Origin: a virus
Taxonomy: Duplodnaviria > Caudoviricetes
DNA: 30,152 bases
Reading direction: 5' to 3' (one strand)
Virus record (IMG/VR): IMGVR_UViG_3300033489_000047
Span: 1 to 30,152 of that record
Shown piece after piece: positions 23,642-30,152 of this stretch (positions within the stretch are counted from its first letter, which is position 1; every line of letters begins with the position of its first letter). The notes beneath the pieces are model-generated. The model was not told where the DNA came from, searched no databases, and saw nothing but the letters and a program-made list of their open reading frames with translations. Both the position numbers and the translations under genes were made by a program.

Positions 23642-25869
23642 TGGCCAATTGGTGGGATGAGGCGCCGGTTGCTGGAGGACGGGAAGTGCAGGCGCCGCAA
23701 CCGTCCGCCTCTTGGTGGGCGGATGCGCCTCTCGCGAACGCTCTTCCGCAACCTGATGCAGCGCCATCCGAAGAAGACCGTGCGCTTTTTCGGTCCACGG
23801 CTGAAAAAACACGGGCACGCCTGAGCCGTGCCGGTGGTGAGTTAATGTTGCCTCCGGAACAGCGCGGGCGGCCACTTACTCCAGAACGCATCAGTGCGTT
23901 GGCGCGCGAAGCGGGGCTGTCTGCCGTTGCCGACACACAAGAGAAGCGGCAATTCGCCGAAGGCCGGACGCCCTTTCGCCGCACGGCAGATACCTTTTCG
24001 ACCGCGTTGTCCATGCCCATACGCATCCTGACAAAGGGTCAATATGGTATCGGCGATGTGGTCGGTGCGGTTGCACCGGAAATGGGCCGCGAAATGGCGC
24101 AGGGCGAAGCTGGTTTCGGTCGCGCAAATGCCAGTTTGTTGGAAACGGCGTCACGCGCGGGGCAATTAGCACTCGCTATCCCGCCGTTGGCGGCGCTAGG
24201 TGTTCCAGCGGGTGGAGTTGCTGCCACTGCCCGCGCAGCAGCTAACCGGCCATTACCGCCTTCCGTGGCGGCGCGAATCCCGCTGCGAAATGAACGCCTT
24301 GCGGATGTGCGCGCATTTGAAAACGCAGGCGTTGAGCCGTTCGGGCCTGCGCTGACTGAGGCCGGAACGGCTGGTGTCGTAAAACAACTTTCTGAGGCAC
24401 CAATCGTTGGCTATCCGGTCCGCAACAAACTTCTGCAGACAATCGAAGAGACGCGAAATGCGGGCGAGCGTGTCGCGGCTGACTATGGGCAAGCTCGCAC
24501 CTATCGCGATGTCGGCAATGTCGCTGAACAGGGTTTGGAACGATTTCGTGACGCACGATCCGCTGATGTGGTGGAGGGTCAGGCAGCCGGTCTCAGTAAT
24601 GAACGTCTAGGCGAAATCACGCGCACTCCCGCTCGCGACACATCCGTTAAAACGAAGCAAGACGCCCTCTATGAACGTGCGTGGCGAGGCATCCCCGAAG
24701 AGATGCAGCGCGGGCGTTCGCGAACCGAAACGACACGGTTTTTGGGGGGCATGACCAACACTCAGACGCTATTGCGTGACCTTATGGAGCGGAATCAGCG
24801 CATGTACTCTGCCACCCGTGGGAATGAGCCAGTTGATGCGGCTTTGGCTTACCCGGTGCGTGGTGGCGTGCCGGGGCAAATTACCGCCGATATCATCGAA
24901 GGACGCTGGCGCGGAAACCTGCAAACCATGCGTGACGTGCGATCCAATTTTCGCCGTCTCGCGTCTGGCATCGCTGACACCGAGCGCAATACGCTGACAC
25001 TTTCGGATATGCGCCGCATCCAGTCCGCAATGACTGAAGACATGATCTCACTATTAGAGCGCAATGTAACCCATTACACCGATGCAGGGCAGGCACAGAC
25101 GGCAACCCAGATACGGCGCTCTATCCATGATTTTCGCCGTGCGGACCAGTTCACCCGCGCCTCGGCGCAACGGTTGGATGCGCTCGAAAAACTGTACAAT
25201 GCGCAGAGCGCTGAACAGTTAGGCCTTGGTGTCTTCAAAGATGCAATGGGCGGTCGCAAAGGTGGCAACTTGGCGCGGTTAAGTTCGTTGCGGTCAAGCC
25301 TAACAAATGAGGAATGGGGGGATGTGGCTTCCGGCGTCCTTCGCGAGATGGGCAGACCGCTTGGCAGTGCTCGCGGAGCTGCGGAAAGCTCTGGTTTTAG
25401 CGTTGGATCGTTCATGACCAATTGGAACAACATGAGTCCGGAAGGTAGGACTATGTTGTTCCGGCGTGGTGGCCGTCCGGAAGAACTTGGACACGCACTT
25501 GACAATTTTGTGCGAGTGGCTGACCGCATGGCGAATTTTGAGGCACTGACAAATACCTCGCGAAGCGCGACAAATGCCTTGGGGATGACGGGGCTTGTGT
25601 CTGTCCTGACGGCCGCGCAGCAGGCAATGACCGGCAATCTCGGCACTGCTGCTGCCGCCGCTAGCGTTGGCGGCGGAATGTATGCTTTCGGCAAATTCAT
25701 GACATCGCCGCTCTATGTGCGTTGGCTAACGCGAGCGGCCGAACTTAGCGGTCAGCCTCGGGCTTTGGCAGCGCACGCAGGGCGCCTAGCACGGCTGGGT
25801 GCTGTCGAGAACGATGCGGCAGTGCAAGCTTTGCTGATGTCAATCGCCGAAGGATTACAACAGCGATAG
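23641..25869 (+). CDS. Large DNA transfer/ejection protein 3
   Basis: ~742 aa, Ala/Arg-rich and helical, NWWDEAP/SWWADAP N-terminal repeat, hydrophobic C-terminal segment. Confidence 0.7.
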   Translation: MANWWDEAPVAGGREVQAPQPSASWWADAPLANALPQPDAAPSEEDRALFRSTAEKTRARLSRAGGELMLPPEQRGRPLTPERISALAREAGLSAVADTQEKRQFAEGRTPFRRTADTFSTALSMPIRILTKGQYGIGDVVGAVAPEMGREMAQGEAGFGRANASLLETASRAGQLALAIPPLAALGVPAGGVAATARAAANRPLPPSVAARIPLRNERLADVRAFENAGVEPFGPALTEAGTAGVVKQLSEAPIVGYPVRNKLLQTIEETRNAGERVAADYGQARTYRDVGNVAEQGLERFRDARSADVVEGQAAGLSNERLGEITRTPARDTSVKTKQDALYERAWRGIPEEMQRGRSRTETTRFLGGMTNTQTLLRDLMERNQRMYSATRGNEPVDAALAYPVRGGVPGQITADIIEGRWRGNLQTMRDVRSNFRRLASGIADTERNTLTLSDMRRIQSAMTEDMISLLERNVTHYTDAGQAQTATQIRRSIHDFRRADQFTRASAQRLDALEKLYNAQSAEQLGLGVFKDAMGGRKGGNLARLSSLRSSLTNEEWGDVASGVLREMGRPLGSARGAAESSGFSVGSFMTNWNNMSPEGRTMLFRRGGRPEELGHALDNFVRVADRMANFEALTNTSRSATNALGMTGLVSVLTAAQQAMTGNLGTAAAAASVGGGMYAFGKFMTSPLYVRWLTRAAELSGQPRALAAHAGRLARLGAVENDAAVQALLMSIAEGLQQR

Positions 25870-26083
25870 TGCCACGGTGCGCAGTATCTTCTCGACGAGC
25901 ATTTTCCTTGATCAGCACCAGCGCCAACAGAACGAGCAGACTCAGCCAGATAACTTGAAACACTACCTCTCGCCCGTACGACGTCATCGCATCAAAAACA
26001 TCAAACACAAAACTGCACGCCAGCAGGATCAAAAATCCAATAGCGATACAGGTCACTGCTTTGAGGGTTTGGTTGATCGTCAT
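25745..26083 (-). CDS. Antisense membrane protein with two TM segments (possible superinfection exclusion)
   Basis: MTINQTLKAVTCIAIGFLILLACSFVF...VIWLSLLVLLALVLI; AT-rich; 3' end overlaps the previous gene. Confidence 0.6.
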   Translation of the reverse strand: MTINQTLKAVTCIAIGFLILLACSFVFDVFDAMTSYGREVVFQVIWLSLLVLLALVLIKENARREDTAHRGTIAVVILRRLTSAKLALPHRSRQHPAVLGALRALPKPEADR

Positions 26084-26130
26084 CCAAAAAGTAGTAGGCG
26101 CAATTACTATACCTTGGGTAAAAATCGAAC

Positions 26131-26145
26131 TGTACAAAACGTATA
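26131..26145. promoter_or_regulatory. Remote copy of the repressor operator
   Basis: TGTAC-AAAAC-GTATA has the same arms as the 581 site and lies in an AT-rich intergenic gap. Confidence 0.55.
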
Positions 26146-26153
26146 ATTTTCAG

Positions 26154-26273
26154 TCACATGCGCTGCAATTGCCGCCAAGCCCACAGCGCGAGAAAGCCGA
26201 CCGCAAGCCACACGGGCGCCCACGGCCGGTCAATCGCGGCCGTGAAAAACGCCAAAATCATGAGGATGGGCAT
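26154..26273 (-). CDS. Hydrophobic mini-protein (39 aa)
   Basis: Not in the ORF track. MPILMILAFFTAAIDRPWAPVWLAVGFLALWAWRQLQRM; its ATG directly follows the upstream TAA. Confidence 0.5.
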   Translation of the reverse strand: MPILMILAFFTAAIDRPWAPVWLAVGFLALWAWRQLQRM

Positions 26274-26405
26274 TTACCGGAGAAGTACCGGCAGAACATC
26301 CCTGGCGAAAGGTCCACCAAAAATGATGTCAATCGCAATAATCGTAGCGATTACAACGACATTCTCAATTGCGTGCCGATGGCGCTGGTAGAAACTTACT
26401 TGCAT
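26274..26405 (-). CDS. Single-TM mini-protein (43 aa)
   Basis: GGAGG RBS; MQVSFYQRHRHAIENVVVIATIIAIDIIFGGPFARDVLPVLLR; upstream ATGACA-N18-TATTGT promoter (26462-26433). Confidence 0.6.
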   Translation of the reverse strand: MQVSFYQRHRHAIENVVVIATIIAIDIIFGGPFARDVLPVLLR

Positions 26406-26478
26406 GTGGCGAGCCTCCCAGATCAAGCCGCAACAATACCACGAAATAGACTGATTTGTCATCAGCGGGATATCCCTT

Positions 26479-28071
26479 ATGGACCCTGACCTCAAGGCGC
26501 GCCTGCGCTGGCTCAAACCCGGCTCGCGCGAATACCAAGCCACCATCGAAGCCTACAACCGCGAAAAGGCGGCTGTGCGTACGCAGGAAATGCAACTGCG
26601 GCTACAGGCCGAGGGTGCTGCCGCCGAACGCGAACAGCAGGCAAGGAATGCTGAGGCCGCCCGGCAGGGCGCACAGCGCCAGGAAGAGGAAGGACGTCAG
26701 GCGCGGGAGCGCGTCGCCCAGCAGGAGCGCGAAAATCAAACCGGCATGGTCACGGCCGCATCGACGGCCGCCGGGCTTGGCGGAGGTGTGCTGGCTGGCT
26801 GGGCAGCCGACAAATACGCCGCTCCACGCTACCGAGCTGAAATGACCGCGCGCGGAGCAGAAATCAGTAACCTGGGAGAGACGGCGCGAGCAATCAACCC
26901 GCAAGCTCCAGGCGCTAGAGGCGCCTATGGAGATGTTGCCGCATCGGCGCAGCGCGGCAATCTGCTGCGCCGTCCCGTGCCCTGGGGTGGCGCCTCGATG
27001 GCCGCCGGTGTGCTCGCGCCTTTGGGCCTATATTCGACATTCGAACGGGCGCCGAATGCCCGCAGCGATACCGAGCGAGCAATTTGGACGGGCGCCGGAT
27101 ACGGCGAGCTGGGCGCGGCCGGTAAAATGATGGCTGGATCAATCAACCGCTACCGCAATCCAGGCGTATCCTATCCGGCGGCGGACGTTGCCGCCATCGA
27201 GGGCGCTGGACGCATGGCGCGCGGCGGCGAACTTGCGCCGCTGACGCCACCAGCCGGAACGGAAGCCGCACCAAGAGAAGTCGCAGCAGGCGGCGGCGCA
27301 AATGATGCGGCTCTTCGCGCTGCCCGCCGCGATACGCTGATGAGCCTCACGGTTGAGCAGAAGCGGGAGTTGGCGCGGCGGATTGGCGTGCCGGTATCCG
27401 GCAACAAGGCCGAACTCGCGGATCGCATCCTCGACCGCCAGGATGCCGCCGCGCGGGGTGAGCCGATACAGCCAGCGCGGCGCGCCGGACGGTTGCCACG
27501 GGCTGGCGGGGCGGTTATCCCGCTGGCGATTGGCGGGCTGGCCTACGACGCGGCATCCTCGGAAGCGGAAGCTGCGGGCCTCGATCCGTCGGAGGCGCGC
27601 AATCGCGGGTTGGTCGCGGGTGGCGTGGCGGGCGGCACGACGGCCGCCGTGCCCTATGCCATCAACAAATTGTCCCGATATGCGCCGGTTGCCGCAGCAG
27701 GCAAAATGCTGCCCGTCGCCGGATCGGCCATGGGTCCGCTGATGGCGGCGGACGCATACGACCCTTCACCGGAGCAACTCGCCCAAGACCGCAACACCGC
27801 CGCGCGCTATCTGCCGTCGGCCTTGCGGGGTGGCGCGGTGGAGGACGCCTATCAAATGGCGCAAGTGCCAGAGCGCGGCGAGCGGCCGCGCGGTTATCAA
27901 GACCCGGAAACCGCGATGATACCCGGCACCGATATTGCCACCAGGGCCGCACGCTCTGGCGCCTACCAGGCGGCGATGCAGCAATTGCTCGATAGTCTCC
28001 AGGAGCACAACGACTCCATCTCGCCGCCGCCAGGGCGCAACCCAGCGATCAGTTACGAGGCCGCGCAATGA
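26479..28071 (+). CDS. Ejection-type protein containing a SAP-like DNA-binding motif
   Basis: Coiled-coil N-terminus, Gly/Ala hydrophobic segments, and LMSLTVEQKRELARRIGVPVSGNKAELADRIL. Confidence 0.7.
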   Translation: MDPDLKARLRWLKPGSREYQATIEAYNREKAAVRTQEMQLRLQAEGAAAEREQQARNAEAARQGAQRQEEEGRQARERVAQQERENQTGMVTAASTAAGLGGGVLAGWAADKYAAPRYRAEMTARGAEISNLGETARAINPQAPGARGAYGDVAASAQRGNLLRRPVPWGGASMAAGVLAPLGLYSTFERAPNARSDTERAIWTGAGYGELGAAGKMMAGSINRYRNPGVSYPAADVAAIEGAGRMARGGELAPLTPPAGTEAAPREVAAGGGANDAALRAARRDTLMSLTVEQKRELARRIGVPVSGNKAELADRILDRQDAAARGEPIQPARRAGRLPRAGGAVIPLAIGGLAYDAASSEAEAAGLDPSEARNRGLVAGGVAGGTTAAVPYAINKLSRYAPVAAAGKMLPVAGSAMGPLMAADAYDPSPEQLAQDRNTAARYLPSALRGGAVEDAYQMAQVPERGERPRGYQDPETAMIPGTDIATRAARSGAYQAAMQQLLDSLQEHNDSISPPPGRNPAISYEAAQ

Positions 28072-29273
28072 CCAACACCGCCCTGTCCTTCATCTCCGCG
28101 CGGCAGATCACCAACAACAGCGGCACGCCGCAAAGCGGGGCGAAGCTCTATTTCTATCGCGAGCTTACGACGACCGCCCTTACCGTCTGGACAGACGACG
28201 CGGCCAGCGTTGCGCATGCGCAACCGGTGGTCGCCGATAGTGGCGGCTTCGTGCCGCTGATCTATGTCGATGACACCTACGACTACAAAGTCGTGATCAA
28301 GACCAGCGCCGATGTGACGCTGCAAACCTACGACAACATCCCGGCGCCCGAACCCTCCGTGACGGCAACGGGTTTTGCGCCAGAACTGCTGACGTGGGTG
28401 CAAAAAACCTCGGCATCCTCGCCGGTGACGCTTACCACGGCGGACCTGGGCAACGCCTACGAAGCCGACACCACCGGCGGCTCGATCACATTCAATCTGC
28501 CCAGCGCCGCCAGTGCGGGAAATGGCAAGGGGTTTTTCTTCAAAAAAACCGCCGCCGCCAATTCGCTGATTATCGATCCATCCGGCTCTGAGACCATCGA
28601 CGATGTATCGACATCGCTCACCGTCACCAGCATCAACACCATCGTCAAAGTATCCTCGAATGGGGCTGAATGGTACAAGACGGCGGGGATCGTCACACTG
28701 GACATGATTCCAGCGAGCATCATCAACACCCAGACAGAAGCCACATCACCGGCCGATACCGACGAATTCCTGATGCAGCTTGCTGGAGCTGGCGCATATC
28801 GCAAATTGCTGACCAAACATATCCCAGGCGCACTACTGGCAATTATCGAGGATCAGAAGGCGCAAAATACTGCGGGCGGCACTTTCACAAGTGGCGCAGA
28901 TCAAACCCGTGTCTTGAACACTCTAGTATACAATCGCGGAACGCTAGTAACGCTCGCGTCGAACCAATTCGTATTGCCTATCGGCGTGTGGGATATTAAG
29001 TGGTCTGCGCCAGGATTCCAGACCAACGCGCATCAATCCTGGCTGTACGACATAACCGGCTCGGCCGTTGCTGGCCGTGGCACTTCGGCGGAAGCTGGCG
29101 GCGCCAGCAACTCGCAATCCGATAGTGTTGGGAGCGCCCGCGTGTCGTTGGCCGCTGCTACGACGTATGAAATACGACACAGGTGCACAACCACACGCGC
29201 GACAGACGGATTCGGCGTCCAATCCAATTTCGGAGTGGAGGTTTACACCAGAGTCGAAGTGCGGGCGGCCTGA
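28068..29273 (+). CDS. Tail fibre/spike protein
   Basis: N-terminal virion-attachment motif (SGAKLYFY...PVVADSGG) followed by Thr/Ser-rich beta domains. Confidence 0.8.
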   Translation: MTNTALSFISARQITNNSGTPQSGAKLYFYRELTTTALTVWTDDAASVAHAQPVVADSGGFVPLIYVDDTYDYKVVIKTSADVTLQTYDNIPAPEPSVTATGFAPELLTWVQKTSASSPVTLTTADLGNAYEADTTGGSITFNLPSAASAGNGKGFFFKKTAAANSLIIDPSGSETIDDVSTSLTVTSINTIVKVSSNGAEWYKTAGIVTLDMIPASIINTQTEATSPADTDEFLMQLAGAGAYRKLLTKHIPGALLAIIEDQKAQNTAGGTFTSGADQTRVLNTLVYNRGTLVTLASNQFVLPIGVWDIKWSAPGFQTNAHQSWLYDITGSAVAGRGTSAEAGGASNSQSDSVGSARVSLAAATTYEIRHRCTTTRATDGFGVQSNFGVEVYTRVEVRAA

Positions 29274-29288
29274 GGCTGCCGAGCAACC

Positions 29289-29411
29289 TTAATCATCGTC
29301 GTGTGGCGGACGCCAAAACGCCGGATCGCCGCCTTCTTCTGGTGTCAGCCATATCAGCAATCCGGCGCCAGTGACCAGCGCCAGCGCCGCAAGAATGAAC
29401 AGCCAAATCAT
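29289..29411 (-). CDS. Single-TM peptide with acidic tail (40 aa)
   Basis: Not in the ORF track. MIWLFILAALALVTGAGLLIWLTPEEGGDPAFWRPPHDDD, starting 7 nt after the upstream stop. Confidence 0.6.
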   Translation of the reverse strand: MIWLFILAALALVTGAGLLIWLTPEEGGDPAFWRPPHDDD

Positions 29412-29418
29412 TGCGCCG

Positions 29419-29757
29419 TTATCCCATCACATCAATCAAATGAAGTTTTTGAGCCAGCCAATCGGCATCGGCGGACTCGGCCAGGAAAGCGACGCGGTCG
29501 GCGCGCAGCTCGCGGGCCTTTTGCACCACCGCATCGATAGGGGCCGCTGTCGATCTGATATAGGTGATCGGGTGCACAGCGGCCTTGAACTCATCGATGA
29601 CAGACTGACGATCTGCGGTCCCCCTATCGTCGGCGGCGACGATGCAGACGGAAACCCCAGGCGGCTCGACCTGACGCGTGGCACAGTCAAGAATATCCCG
29701 CAACATCTGCGTATCGTCTGGCGCGCAGATGCCGATAACTACTATCGATGATTGCAA
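29419..29757 (-). CDS. Truncated, degenerate GT2 glycosyltransferase-like protein (112 aa)
   Basis: VVIGIC...VCIVAADD...ITYI...VAFLAESADADWL follows the GT-A N-terminal half; TTG start with GGAGG. Confidence 0.65.
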   Translation of the reverse strand: MQSSIVVIGICAPDDTQMLRDILDCATRQVEPPGVSVCIVAADDRGTADRQSVIDEFKAAVHPITYIRSTAAPIDAVVQKARELRADRVAFLAESADADWLAQKLHLIDVMG

Positions 29758-29782
29758 TTAAGCCTCCCATGGCTGAACTGCT

Positions 29783-29811
29783 ACTGTATGCGCCCAAACC
29801 TTGAATGTCAC
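29783..29811 (-). promoter_or_regulatory. sigma70 promoter of the GT2-like cassette
   Basis: GTGACA-N17-TACAGT on the minus strand. Confidence 0.55.
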
Positions 29812-29826
29812 GCAGCAAGAGGGACT

Positions 29827-30152
29827 ATGAGTACAATTACTGACCGCTGGCCGCTGCAAAGCGCGTGCCGGGTGTTCTACGGCGATCCGAGCGCTTCCGG
29901 CTTCGAGGCGAGAAACCTGGTGCTCGTGCCGCTGCCGTTCACGATGCATATGGACGATCTGAAAATCACGCGCATGCGCATTCACAAGAAGTGCGCGGCC
30001 AGCCTGAAGATTGTGCTCGATGCCGTGCACGCCAGCTACAGCGGCGACATGGCGAAGATGGCGGCCGACAAGGCGCTGGAATACTCCGGCAGCTACAATT
30101 TCCGGCCCATGCGCGGCAGCGCCCGGTTGTCGATGCATGCCTATGGCTGCGC
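29827..30152 (+). CDS. Endolysin, M15-family Zn peptidase (5' part, runs off window)
   Basis: Not in the ORF track. MSTITDRWPLQ...GSYNFRPMRGSARLSMHAYGC, containing the M15 R...SxH motif; GAGGG RBS. Confidence 0.85.
   Translation, partial: MSTITDRWPLQSACRVFYGDPSASGFEARNLVLVPLPFTMHMDDLKITRMRIHKKCAASLKIVLDAVHASYSGDMAKMAADKALEYSGSYNFRPMRGSARLSMHAYGC

Noticed and set aside
20170-29273. Diversity-generating retroelement acting on tail genes
   Set aside because: No reverse transcriptase and no TR/VR repeat pair noticed in the window.
29821-29835. GGGAC-TATGA-GTACA over the endolysin start as another operator
   Set aside because: Only 8/10 and constrained by RBS and coding sequence; chance is likely.
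29758-30138. Minus-strand 126-aa ORF
   Set aside because: Antisense shadow of the M15 endolysin, which the ORF track missed because it runs off the window.

Overview
The whole window is a continuous ~30 kb segment of a temperate, short-tailed (P22-like tail and ejection module) phage or prophage, most likely of an alphaproteobacterium, as inferred from a GcrA homologue, a GTA-type TerL and high GC. Left to right it contains: the start of the leftward early operon; a CI/Cro switch with 15-bp TGTAC-N5-GTAYA operators; gcrA plus a second protein with three GcrA-like HTH units; ssb; a VirE/VapE-type helicase followed by an iteron-rich putative origin; a putative late regulator; terS and terL; portal, GroES-like co-chaperonin, scaffold and capsid genes; adaptor and gp10-like tail genes; GNAT and four ejection-type proteins; a tail fibre; and the 5' part of an M15 peptidase endolysin. 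No integrase, tRNA, CRISPR or reverse transcriptase was seen. The least explained parts are several small accessory cassettes: (i) a protein ending in a cysteinyl-tRNA synthetase anticodon-binding domain; (ii) a self-contained divergent HTH switch between terL and portal; (iii) a membrane-anchored paralogue of a scaffold domain; (iv) antisense membrane mini-proteins next to a remote copy of the repressor operator; and (v) an apparently expressed but DxD-less, truncated GT2 glycosyltransferase paired with a membrane peptide. All family calls come from motif recognition by eye, not from database searches.
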